NCBI GenBank assembly: GCA_965287045.1
Contig: OZ336872.1
Coordinates: 27,404,001-27,468,000, forward strand
DNA from: Carcharhinus amblyrhynchos
Lineage: Eukaryota
Direction: 5' to 3'
DNA length: 64,000 nt
How positions within the stretch are numbered: position 1 is the stretch's first letter; every line of letters begins with the position of its first letter. The notes below the pieces were generated by a model that was not told the origin of the DNA, ran no database searches, and saw nothing but the letters and a program-made list of their open reading frames with translations. Positions 34,879 to 47,365 of this stretch are shown here, one piece after another. Made by a program: the position numbers and the translations under genes.

Positions 34879-37290
34879 GACAAGTGAACGATCAGCCCTG
34901 CCTGAAATCACCTAGGTGGTGATGCTGGAAATTTAACCCACTATACAGATACTCATTCACCAGTTTAGAGAAAGCACAACTCATTTATTTACAGTTAAAC
35001 TATGCAGAAGTGGCTGCAATCAGCCCCTGAGGTGACTGGGTGCAGAAGCTTGTGCTTACAGGGGATGCCCTACCCTGCTCCTCGATTTCCAGGGTCATGT
35101 GACCCTTACTCAGCAGATTGATCCTTAAAGGGACAATCATCTCACTCTTTCCCCTCAAAGTCCCTTTATGTCACTACTCAATTTACACTGTCCCAGATAA
35201 TTAAATATTTAGTACATGGATTTTGTCAATTTATAAAGCAAGGGTGGGATTGTCTGGCCTTAAGACTTGCCCACCTTCATGTGGTCCTCTGAATTTTCTG
35301 CCTCGTCCGTTACGATTCCCACAGTTGGGAGAGTTTCAGCCCAAATCTTTCCGAATCCTTATGTAGCGGTGGTATAAGCTCTCTTTCTGGGGCATTTCCA
35401 CAGGATTGCTCTCAGCTGAAACCACAGTGTCTCTTCAGGTAATTCAGCTCTGTTTCCATAGAGAAACATTGTGCTTGCCACAAGATGACCAGAAAATTCA
35501 GTGCTAAAGCAGTCAGCAACATTCCCTGATACTTCCTGATGGCAAAACTGTTTGCTCAAATGGTCTATGTGTTTTCAGCCAATCCTTTCTCCTATGGTCA
35601 CTTGATAGGACAGGAGTCCAGTTTTAGAGCCATCGATTCCAGGGACCCAGCTCCACCTACTTCCAAGATTCCTCATGGATCATCCACCATAAAAGACATG
35701 TTGGCTGCCATTAATCATGACTTGCCTTCCGAAGGCCTTGACTGGCCTCGACTCTCCCCGGCAAATTTGGAAACACGAGGCTCAGTCTTGTTCATAGATG
35801 ATGGTTCATTAACAACTCTGCTGGTGGGACTCCTGTTGTTCCTAGGGAGTGACCCTATAGCCAAGAAGGAAATGTGAAACTCTGGTCTCAAGTTCCTCCT
35901 GACTGCTTCTTTAGACCAGGCTGAAAAGTTTGTATGGTTCGCACAGCTAGTCCGTCCGGTGGATGCTGGGTAGTAAGGTGGTGTTATAATGTGCATTATG
36001 TAATAGAGTATGGTGAAGTTTTGAAACTCAGCACTTGTAAATACTGTTCCATTGTCAGATGCCATGGGCAGGATCTTGAGCCCACACTCTTCATCTGTGA
36101 GATGATCAGTGGGGCCGCAAGACCCAGCGAAACCCAGAAATCCCGAATCTCAGTGATTGGGGTACCTTTTAAACATGTTCCCAGAAATGTCTTGCGCTCA
36201 AATGTATTTTTGAGAACTGGTGCCTCCTTTATAGCCTTACCTTGTGTAGGGTTTTTTTCAGAGGCTAAGTATTGAGCTTAACTTTAGTTAATACAAAGAC
36301 TTGCAGCTACAATGTCCTGGTGAAAGACATTCTTTATTGACCAATGTACACTGGGAGAGAAGGATTAGGTGAGGCAACACTTCTCTGAAGTTACATTGCG
36401 GTGGCAATACAGTTATATAACTTTGCTCACCCACTGGCTCCTCCCAGTTGAAAATGAATCAATCATCATTAGTAAATGTCATATACCTTGGCCAATTACA
36501 GATATTTTCTGACAGCATGGGAACAATAAGTTTTAGCGGTTTCTGCCTGATTTTCCCATGGCCACCTGTTGCCTATTCCAGACTCCCTTACCTGGTTAAA
36601 GGCTTTGTCAATTCATTAGGCCATCTGAGTTTGCTAGCTTTGCCCTTGGCTTATGAATGTTCTTTTCCTAAAGACTGTCTAGAGTCCATGCTGATAAGAG
36701 ATATGCTTCTGTGAGTGTACTGTTGTAAAAAATTGGTTCGCTTTGCTGGCCTATTTCCCATGATGCCTTAAAATTCTGTGCCATTAGCCAAGCTGTAACT
36801 TTTCAGAAATACATGTTTAAAATCTCTAACTGTGGTTATATGTGATTCTATGCAGATAGTACCTCTGTGAAATATATGTATAAGGCATCTATGATTCTTA
36901 CCCCAAGTTAATCTACTCTGTTTTATTAATCTTTATTAGTGTGTTAAATCCCAGAGTATTTAGAAGTTCTCTAATACCTTGCCTTCCAAGGGTTACAATC
37001 CTTGCCCATCTACACAATACCTCAGCTAGATTACCTCATTGGCTTTAAAACCACATTTCTTCTCCATGAGGCAAACTCCAACCTCCTGAAATCTCTTCAG
37101 CACTTCCTCTAACTTTGCTAGATTTTCAGTTTCTGCCAATCCAGTTATGAGAACATCACCAAGGTATACCACAACTAGTGGCAGCTCCTGCAGTAGAATC
37201 TCCATTGTCCTCTGGAAAATTGTACTTGCAGAAGACACACCAAAAAACAAGCACATGCATTGGAACAATCCTTTGTGTGTGCTTATCATG
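34879..37290 (-). mobile_element. Gypsy LTR retrotransposon remnant (RT, integrase, PPT, probable 3' LTR)
   Basis: 37026-37289 ISTHKGLFQ..FGVSSASTIFQRTME..VVVYLGDVLITG (RT). 35715-36065 SDNGTVFTSAEFQNF..HIITPPYYPAS (integrase). Minus-strand PPT ~35146-35160. Confidence 0.85.
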
Positions 37291-38154
37291 ATGTAGGTTA
37301 AAATTATGCATGTTGTGGGGGAAAGATAGAAATACTAAACTTACACTGAAAAGCTGCTCTGAAGTTATTTTTGGAAAAGGGCAGATGAAAAGTTTCTTTT
37401 GATGTTGCTAGATATATTAGATTCATTCTTAAATAGCAGTAACATTATCAATTGATTCCTGTTTCAGGAAAGAGACTGATTTACTTTACTCTGACTTGTA
37501 CTGAAGGTCTCGTCCAGAAGCATTTGTTTCTGATACTTGTTGCCTAAAGTGGAAAATAATTCATTTTGAAGCACTGGTAGCCACTTTGAAAAGAAGAAAT
37601 TTTGTCTTATCCACCATAAACCTTAAACATTGGTTTTCAACTCCTAAAGGTCATTTGACTTTTATAAGTCATTTGATTTATAGTAAGTACCACTCAAAAA
37701 AATTGATTTCTATTGAAATGAACAGTGAAAAGTATAATAAATTAGTAAAGAACCAATTGTATGATCATTTTAGTTTAGCGTCACAGGATTATAATCGATT
37801 CCTTACAGATGTGGGTTGTTTGGTACACTGTTTTAATATAAGCTTTCCCAACAAAGTTTATTATTCATCATTTTTGTTACTTTAATTTCTTTTTGCAATT
37901 GTATAATGCTATCTAATTTTCTATTAATAATTTGTTATACTTCAAGAGTGTGGTAACTCTCTTGAATGAAAATATTTCTTCTAGTCTCTATGTTTCCAGT
38001 AATAATCATTGCTTTAATGCTTAATTGTCACCACTTAATTGACCAATGAAAATCATCTTTTACTCATTGTTGATGGTGGTGGCAGCTGTCTCTTGATTTG
38101 ATAATAATGTCTACTGAGCATCATGGGTTTCCGCCCTGGGTATTCAGATGACTG

Positions 38155-38277
38155 CAGTAAGAAGTCTCACAACACCAGGTTAAAGTCCACCAGTTTGTTA
38201 TCCACCAGGACTTTAACCTGGTGTTGTGAGACTTCTTACTGTGTTTACCCCAGTCCAATACCGGCATCTCTACATCA
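38155..38277. mobile_element. 123-bp hairpin insertion (probably Penelope-like terminal remnant) with 14-bp TSD
   Basis: Perfect 34-bp inverted arms at 38155-38188 and 38208-38241. tattcagatgactg at 38141-38154 and 38278-38291. Confidence 0.85.
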
Positions 38278-41100
38278 TATTCAGATGACTGAACAGAATG
38301 ATTCTTGACCTGCTGGTATTAGGGCAGAGCAGAAGGATATGGGATCTGGAGAACAGGATTTGCTTTCTCAGCTTTCCTTCTCTGCAGTCACTCAACCTCA
38401 TCATTAAGAGGTTGTGAATCAAGGAGTGATGCAGTTTTATGGACAAATTGACACTCTTTTGAATGAATGGTAGCAAGCTACTCGCAGCAGAGGGACATTT
38501 ATAGTTCATGGGCTCACGCTCATCCCCATTTTTGCACTACCACCACCCCCCCACCCCATCCCACCCTAACCTCACAGCTCCCACAGTATCCCCATTGTCA
38601 CAATCTCGCTCGCCTAGGATCTTCAATTCAGCCTCTTGCCTCACTCGTTGACTCCCTGTAGATAAGGCTTGATGCAGTGTCTCGTGTCTCACTATTGCTG
38701 GGCCTGCTCTGGGTTACTTTGTAAACCTGCCCGCCTCGCCTTGCCTGCTCCACAAGGTGGCTGATCTCACCTTGTGGCGGCTTTCAGCACCTCGCGCCTT
38801 GCTGTTTCTGGCCTGCCCTCCACCCAGGTTGAGCCACAAACCTGCTCAGCTTTCACAAAAACAGTAACACCTCAGCAGCCTCTGCCTCTTCCTCCTCACC
38901 TCATCACCTCTCTTCATCCCTTATATGTACACATCTCAAGTTAACCGTTCATACAGCTCAGACCAGTGTTTTCCTGCTCTTCAGACTCGCCAATTACAGC
39001 CTGACTTCTCTGCATTTTCTTCCTCCTCCTCTGGAACTTTGGTCATTTAAAAGTTGAGAAAGTCGGACCTAGCAGGGAGACAGCTTTCAGACAACCAAAT
39101 AAATCATCTTTTACTGACAAATTTTTCATACCTTTCCCAAATTATTTGTTTACTTTCCCATGGTTTTGGGGACTTTCTGTGCACAAATTAGATGCTATGT
39201 TTCATACATCACAGCAGTCACTACATTTCAAATCTGCTTTAAGACATCCTGAGGTCAAAAAAATGCTATATAAATGTAAGTCTTTTCTTTGCTTTTTGCA
39301 TTTTTGAAACTTCCCCAACCACTTACGTCTGTGATTGCTTTGGGAGATTACCCTCTGTAATCATTTTTTAATGTGAGGAACATTCAATATGGATTATAGA
39401 TATTTGGAGTAGGAATCGAATGTCTCTGGAACAATGTGATCTGCCTGGTGTCCATCTGTCTGTCCACTCCTTCTTCTAAACATATCAGATAGGAGAATTC
39501 TTATTGTCAACCATCAGGGATGTAGTGGTTCAATGGGCACAAAAGAACTGCATGGAGCTAAATTAAAACTTAAGCAGACAAAAACGTTAGACCTGAAAGT
39601 GGATTTAAAATTGCGCAGTCAATTTATTTACTGTACTCATTAAATGAACTAAACATTACAGCTGATCCTTTGAAACCCTGGACATCCATTATTCAATAGT
39701 GCAAACCTCGTTGAAAACCCGAAACACATGTACTTGAGGAAATGAGAAGCAGGGCATTCAAGGACTCCTTTTCTCTTTTTCATGTCTCACTGAAGCCCAG
39801 GCTGTTTCAGAGAGGCTCTCTCTTCTCTTGTTTCCCCCAGCCGGAAACCGTGAATTTTCTATTTTTGGAATTTCACTCCCGCATCAATGTTCCCCGATTT
39901 ACATGTGCCAAACTCGTGGTTAAATATCGACTTGTCGGTCGAAAACTAATCCGCACCTCAGTTACATTTCAGACTGATAATTGACTGCAGTGATCTAAAA
40001 TAAGACTCAAACGTTTAAAAATGTTCTGATCAGATGTTTGGATAAAAGCTTAATGAAAATACATCTTGAAACTGGATGGTTGACAATGAGGCACAGGGCA
40101 GTAATTCAATCTAATGGTTTCAATGATGTAATAAATCGCAAACGCAAATCTTTGACCAGTCGACGAATGTCGATAAGATCTCAAAATTAAATTACTTCAA
40201 CTCAATATGTTATATGTTCAATAATAGACTACATGGTACTTGCTTATATTTAACATTTTTAAGCTGATTCTGCATATGTGATTTGACATAACTAAATGGC
40301 TAATAAAGTTGATGTTGTCACTAGCTAGAGATATATCTGATAAGCTAAATAATACTTGTTTACTTTGATAGCAGCATGGACAGTCATCTATATTCTATTG
40401 AGATGATTTAATCCAGGCCGACTGGCTGGAGAGCTTGCATGAGTGCCATGGCTCCTCCTTCGAGGAAGACCCACCATATTGTGTGGCCTTCCCCAGGATT
40501 AAAGACCCATGGTAGAGGTTGGGGGGGCAGAAATCTTGCCTCACTGAAAACTTTCATTCATTCAGAGACTGGTAGGAGCGATTGTAGCTGTCAGCAATGC
40601 AACCACCTGATGCCTAGGATTGCGGAGGGATTCGGGCCACATGTCATTAGCAGGGTAGGGAGGAGGGAGCATGGGGAGGGGGTGGTGGGGGCATGGGGCG
40701 GGGGGTCAAAAGAATGGCAGTACTTCCCCATTCATGATACCAAGTCCTCCTTTAATCAGGCACCAAATGCCTGACAACGAGGGCCCTCCACCCAGGACTC
40801 AGCAAGCAAACATGACCGGGTTATGCTTTTCAGACTTCCTGCACAGCAACTCCCTGTCTGTTGTTGGTTGAACACCAGCGGCAATCAGACAAGACCATGA
40901 AGGCTTTAATTGGTGTTAGCACAAGAAGCCATTCATAGAAGCCAGCTCTGCTTTGGACTTAATTGGAACAGAGGCAGGAACGTGATGGGGTCCACATGTT
41001 GCACCCTTTGGTCCAATTAAATGCCCCACCACCTTCAACTTTGCCTCAAGGAGCGTATTAAATTCTATATTACTAAAGCAGAAATGTTCACTTTAGACTT

Positions 41101-41346
41101 TCATAGATTCATTGATTCCCTACAGTGCAGAAGGAGGCCATTCAGCCCACTGAGTTGGCACCAACCACAATCCTACCCAGGCCCTATTCCTGTAACCCCA
41201 CATATTTGCACTGCTAATCCCCCTAACACTAGGGTCAATTTAGCATAGCCAATCAACCTAACTTGCACATCTTTGGACCGTGGGAGGAAACTGGAGCGCA
41301 CGGAGGAAACCCGCACAATGCTAAACATTGTGCCACCATGCTGCCC
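41101..41346 (-). mobile_element. HE1-type V-SINE, internally deleted
   Basis: Reverse complement of HE1 tail and V-domain, ending tgtgccaccatgctgccc. Confidence 0.85.
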
Positions 41347-42319
41347 TCAACATACAACATACTTGTAGATATGTTATTCTCCACCTGAATCCCTTCAGAA
41401 ATTCCTACTATTGACTCTTCCAAAATAGTACACCATGTCTTTAGCACTTAAGTAATATACTAATGTAGTTTACAATAAAGTAACACAAATATTAAAAAAC
41501 TTTTTAAGGACCCCACCACCTAGACTCAGAGGATGACATATTGGTTTATTAGGGTTACATTGTCACCAATTTTCCATGCGTTGACATTAACGAGAGAGGT
41601 ATCTTGAGCAATACATCTGCAGTTTTCTGATAAATCAGCCAATGTTTGCAAGGCTATGCCATTGATGTGGGGCTCAGCACATTCCATTCATAGTAAAGAC
41701 GATAAGTAGTTGGAGACAATATAGAAATGAATATTCTGATATGTATTTTGAATCACCTTTGCAACCAAATGACAATACTTCAGCATTTATTTTTCAAAAT
41801 TGTGTTCAGTATTTATTAATCATTGGCTACCATGAATGACTGGTACTTTAATCTCACCTATTTCAGTTTTATACTATCTTGGAGAGCCGCACACATTATT
41901 AGCCTATCAAATAGTAAAGGATGATTCATTATGAATTAACATAGAGTTTCAGGATAATGACAAATACTACATGATCTGCTCTATGTAAAAATTAAACACT
42001 ATATTGGTTTAAAATAGTTTCTCGAAAACTTATAATGGTTTAATGCAGTAGCTGGAAACTACCACAGGGTGGTCATTTTTTTGTGGAATTACTGAATACA
42101 GGAAGTTCTCGTTTTACAGTGCACAACACGGAGACATTGCAGGACGTCGTCTGTGTTTATTTCCATTAATTTATCAGCGTAACCCATGGTTGAACAAATG
42201 CAAAGGATCGGGGAATTTTAAATGTAAACGAGTTAAGCCTAATATCACCTATGTTTGTCTTTTCTGAAAGATTTTATGCTGGTCCAAGATTCAATTCCAC
42301 CAAAACAGACCTTGAGTTG

Positions 42320-42990
42320 ATATGGTAAATATAAAATCACTGGACTGGTAATTCCAGAAGTTGGGGCTAATAATAAATCCCACCATGGTAGCTGAAGAAT
42401 TAACTAAATAAATCTTGAATAAAAAACTAATAAGTGGGATTCTCTGCTGCAGGAGGCAGCCCACCATTGGCTGCTGCCAGGATCGTCTGCTTATGCCATT
42501 GTCAATGGCATTTGAATCGTAGAATCCCTACAGTGCAGAAGGAGGCCATTTGGCCCATCGAGTCTGCACTGATCACAATCCCACCCAGGCCCTATTCCTG
42601 TACTATCCCTCACCCATATTTACCCTGCTAATCCCCCGACACTAGAATCAATTTAACAAGACTCATCAACCTAATCCACACATCTTTGGTTCATTAATTT
42701 AGTTAAAATTTAGATAAATCTGGAATAAAAAACTACTATCTGTCAAGGTGGCTTTAAAACTACCGGAGTGTCTTCGTAATCCATCTGCTTCACAAATGTC
42801 CTTTAATGAAGAAATCCTATTGTTTTTACCCAGTCTGGTCTTTATGGGACTCCAAGCTCACTGCAAAGTGGTTGACTTTTAACAGGTCTTTTAAATGGCC
42901 TTGCAAGCCACTCAGTTTAGTCCCATTGCTATTCTTGCAGCAATTCAAGAAGATGGGTCAGTAGTGATGCCCACATTACATGAACAAATT
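42320..42990 (+). mobile_element. Deu-domain SINE (SacSINE1-like) interrupted by a MITE fragment and a minus-strand HE1 SINE fragment (~42517-42690)
   Basis: aaatcccaccatggtagctg head and ccatctgcttcacaaatgtcctttaatgaagaaatc core. HE1 tail agaatccctacagtgcagaaggaggcc lies inside. Confidence 0.65.
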
Positions 42991-43589
42991 TTTTAAAAAG
43001 CCTTATGAATGCAAATTTCTCTGATGGTAGGAGATCAAATCAATTATCCACTCAACACTTCTGGTTGAAGATGTTTATATACAATTCGATCTTGTCTTTT
43101 ACACTCACGTGCTGGACTCCATCATTATCAATGTTGGGGATGTTCATGGAGCCCTTCTTTCCATTAGTTGCTTAATCATCGAATTTCATTCATAAAATTG
43201 GCAGGACTGCAGAGCTTTGAACTGATCCATTGGTGGGGATGATCACTTTACTCTTTCAAAGAGTTTTGCTTTTTCAGCCTTAAATACTGGGCCGGATTCT
43301 CTGACCTCATTTTTCCTCACCCCGCTGCGGTGAATGGAGATTTGGCTGAGTACCAAATTCTCCAATCTTGCTGGCAGCGGTGGTGAGGCATGAATGGCTG
43401 GAGAATTCTGGCCGCTATGGCTACAACTGCATTGAGCATCTTCTGACTTCCCAAGGTCCATCCCACTAACTAAGGCATAAGTAAGGAGTGTGATATAATA
43501 GTCTTCACTTAACTGCTGCTTTCACCATTCAGCACGCACTCAGTCCTGCTTTGTAGTTTCATAAGTTTTATTTTTAAATTTGATTCCTT

Positions 43590-44165
43590 TCTCATGATAA
43601 TGGAAAAGATTGGGTGTGTAAGTTGCAGCAAAAGCTACATCACCTTGCTGAATACTTCTGCTCCAGATCTGGCCACACCTCTAGTGAAGTTGTTCTAGCA
43701 CAGCCACTGGCATTTATTCAACTATGCAGAATGTTGCCCAGATATGTCCTATTCACAAGAATAGGACAAGTTCAATCCAACCAATTGCCACTCCTAATCA
43801 TCAGCATAGAGCAACCTATTGGTGACGGTGTTATCAATAGGCAGTTACTCATCAGTAACTGACTCACTGATATCAGATTGAGTTCCACCATGATTATTTG
43901 GCTCCAGGCCCTAATTACATCCTTTGTCCAAACATTGATAAAACGCCTAAAGTCCAGACATAAGGAGAGAATTACTGCCCTTGACATCAAGGCCATTTGA
44001 TGAAGCGAGATACCTAGGAGCGTTAGTAAAACTGAAGTCATTTTGGTAATAAGAGAAAATCTCTTTAGTTCTAATTTGCAAAACGTTATATGGTAATTGT
44101 TATTGGGGCCAATCATCTCAGTTCCAGGACATTGCTGTAGGAGTTCCTCAGGGTTGTACCTAACT
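43590..44165 (+). mobile_element. CR1-clade LINE RT fragment
   Basis: Decayed ..CPIHK..DKFNPTN....IIS....GVIN..QLLISN.LTDIR..FHH...APGLITSFVQT....ITALDIKA and GVPQG at ~44141. Confidence 0.7.
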
Positions 44166-44559
44166 TAAACAGCACAACTTCAAACTCCTTATCCGTGCCA
44201 CTTTCCATTGGAAAATGAGTGGAATCTCTAGTCCTGCGTATTAGTGGGGTAGACATTTTCAATTTAACATGTAAAGTCATAATTTTTAAATGTTAACTGC
44301 ATTTTCAATTATGTGAAATAAGGTTACTGTTTTACCTACTGCAAAAGTACAGACAAAGGTAACTGAAACTGGAACCATTTCACTTATGTGAACATAAGAT
44401 TTAAATTTTTAATCAACCTCCCATCTTTTGGAAATTACCTAGTCTGAATTAGTAAATCTAATTCACAATTTATGAATGTGAACTAGATTTTCTTATTGTG
44501 AACTAGAACTAGAACCATGAGACACAGCTCTCAGTTCAACTTGGCAATGGTAAATGACC

Positions 44560-45480
44560 CTGAAACCATTAAGAGAACTATTGTGGTGATACCAGGTCAT
44601 AACAATCACAAAGGATGAAGATGATTGATGCAACCTGGGACTCAGGGTTCCTGAGGATCAACCTGCCTCGTGTAATTTCTGAAAGGTCAACATCCAAGGA
44701 AATGATGAAAGAACGGAGACAGATTGACTGGGAGAAATTGTTTAATAACCCATGAATTGAGAACAAATGTCTATAAAAGCCTATACAGAATATAGCTAGG
44801 ACAAGTAAGCATTTATTAAACAAACACAACTCTAGCTAGGTTATCAGAACCCTCAAAATGGAATATGGAAGAAAACCTGTAAGGAAAAAGATAAAGAATC
44901 AAAATATAAAGAGCACAAGAACCTTGAGATATAGTTTAAAAGGATGGCCAGATTGGAGAAATAGGACCAAAAGAAAACAATAAACTGAAATTATTTTATT
45001 CAGATAATAGTAAAAGGAAACTATTCCAGCACTGTAACAGTCATGCAAGAGTTGGCAATCTTTAACAATGTTCATGGGAATGAAACTCATGAAAAGAAAA
45101 TAGTTAAAATGCTCAGTCATTACTTTATTAAAAATTTCACTAGGTAGATGATTCTATATTTCCACAAATGGAAATAATTAAAGCATACTTATGGACTTTG
45201 ATATCAACAAGATGAAGGTTAATGAACTGCTAATCATCATCATAAGACAGTTATTGATTACTGGATGGGTAACAAGCTAATTTCATCACATATTAATAAA
45301 CATCTCCAACCTAGTTCAGAAAATCACAGACCCATTAGTCTTACATCAGTAACAGGTTAAATGATTGAATCATTACCGGGACAGTTATTTAGAATATGAT
45401 AATCTTGAGTCTGAAAATAGATTGCAAGGTACAAACTCATCAATGGTTAATGTGTTTGCCTGGAATTTCTACCTCTATTC
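44560..45480 (+). mobile_element. Very old CR1-like ORF2 remnant
   Basis: ENHRPISLTSVTG.MIES at ~45320-45370 in an A-rich coding-like context. Confidence 0.5.
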
Positions 45481-45595
45481 TTTTAAGGGATGTATATTAA
45501 TATCTCCACCTTTGTATTGGAGAGGGAAATTTCAAACAGACATTCTCAGCTTTTGTGCCTTTTATAACTTCAGTATCTATCAAAAACCAGTCAAT

Positions 45596-46469
45596 GGACC
45601 CTATTTTACCATTTTGATTCTAACTGCTGGGCGGACTTGAATCTGGGAATGTTTCAGATCCGACTTTTAGATCCGTTCTCAGGTGCCCACCCTATATGCA
45701 CTCTGCCTTCAAAAATATCAGCAATTTCGAATCGCGCTGCACAAGCCTGTGGGTGGGGATTAATGCACCTGAAATCCTGCAGCTCCAATCAGTGCCTCCA
45801 ACTGTGTACGCGCAGAAAACGAATGATAGAGTGCAGCTCCCGTCACATCCTCCCAGGCCGGAAAATACCTCCCCCTGGCCCCCACAGACATTGCCCCACC
45901 TCCATAACATTACTGACCTCCTTATCCCTCCCACCCTCTCCACCACCCAGACCAATTGAGGGCCCCTCCCCCTCACCCCTTCCTCGTGATCTCAGGCAGA
46001 GTGGCAGTGGACCCCCCCTTTCACTCCATTGATCACAGGCAGAATGGCAGCAGACCCTCCTTTTCCCCCCACTGATCACAGGCAGGGTGGCAGTGGATTC
46101 CCCCCTTCTCCCTCACCGATCACAGGCAAAGTGGCAGTGGGCCCCCATTACCCCCCGTCTCATTGATCTCAAACAGAGAGTTGTCAGACGCTCGGCACTT
46201 ACCTCTTCACTAACTGGAGCAACCAAATTGGACTTCTGTGGAGCATGTCTGTTTTGCGCCAATTCTGGATGGGCAAATGCAGTGGTAAAGGGAGAATTGC
46301 TGGTAAAGTTGGGGCATACAACTCTTTAAGTTAATTTAAATGCATGCATTTTTGAGCATTGATAAAGGGGGAACCGGCGAGGAGGTGGGCGCAAATTACG
46401 CTTCTCGCCTTGCACTTGACTTTTTACTGAACTTTTCCGTGCCCAAAGTTTGATGGTACAATTGGGCCC
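45596..46469 (-). mobile_element. PIF/Harbinger-like MITE (inverted homologue of 17287-18605)
   Basis: ggaccctattttaccattttgattctaa ... tggtacaattgggccc. Confidence 0.65.
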
Positions 46470-46594
46470 AACATGTCTTCAAATGGTCACTGCAGGCAAA
46501 GCCTTCTTTGTCCCTTTCTAAAGTGTTCTCAAAGGATTTACCTGAGCAATCTGTTTGATTTCTCAGGTGGTCTTGAGCCCACACTTGCTGTCTG

Positions 46595-47365
46595 TGCGAA
46601 ATGCCAGCGAGGCTAGGGATCCGGATGTGGCAGCTCTCGCCAGCGAGTTCACGATCTCAGATCTTCCCCACCCCCTCTCTGTCCATGTTCACACCCGTTC
46701 ACCTGCTTTACATGCATTTGAATAGATTTTAATCTAATTAACCCACCCCTCACCAGATATTGGTTTTCTGCTGTATATTGACACCTTGCCAAATTGACAG
46801 GGCCAACCTGTACTAAGGGGCAGGCCCAATGGGAGTCCCATTGGGTGGGGGTGGGGTGAAGTGTGGAGGAATCACATAGATATGGTGGTGGCTGCGAGCA
46901 GACAGGGAATCTGGAGATGCCAGTGATGGCTGTTGAGGGGGCGGGGTGGGGGGGGCGTGGGGGGGAGGTAGGAGGGGTGTAGGGTGGGGGAGAGAAGAGA
47001 GGTGGGTGCCAGTGCAGACTGTTGTGGGGCTGGGGGCGTAGGAAGGAGGAGCTGAACATTGGTTGGGGGTGAGAAGAGCCAACTCTGAATGGGTGTGAGA
47101 AAGGGAGCTCCTGAGGCATCTGTGATTGGGGCATAGGGGGAGGTTTACCGAGGTTTTAATCAGTATGTCCTTTAAAGATGGCACCCCGGTCTCTGTACAA
47201 CCAGGTTTTGAGGCCCTATCCCCTGTACGACAGTATAACATCACCCCCCACCCCCGCACCGCCCCCTTCATTTTTATTGATAGAGTGTGTCTTAAGATCT
47301 AGACAGAAACATTCCAGTTTTCACGCCAGAAACAACATTGCCATGTTTTGGTAAGATTTAATCCT
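46595..47365 (-). mobile_element. MITE, inverted homologue of 15939-16745
   Basis: ctttaaagatggcaccc and the ttggtaagatttaatcc end match the reverse complement of the 15939 copy. Confidence 0.55.
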
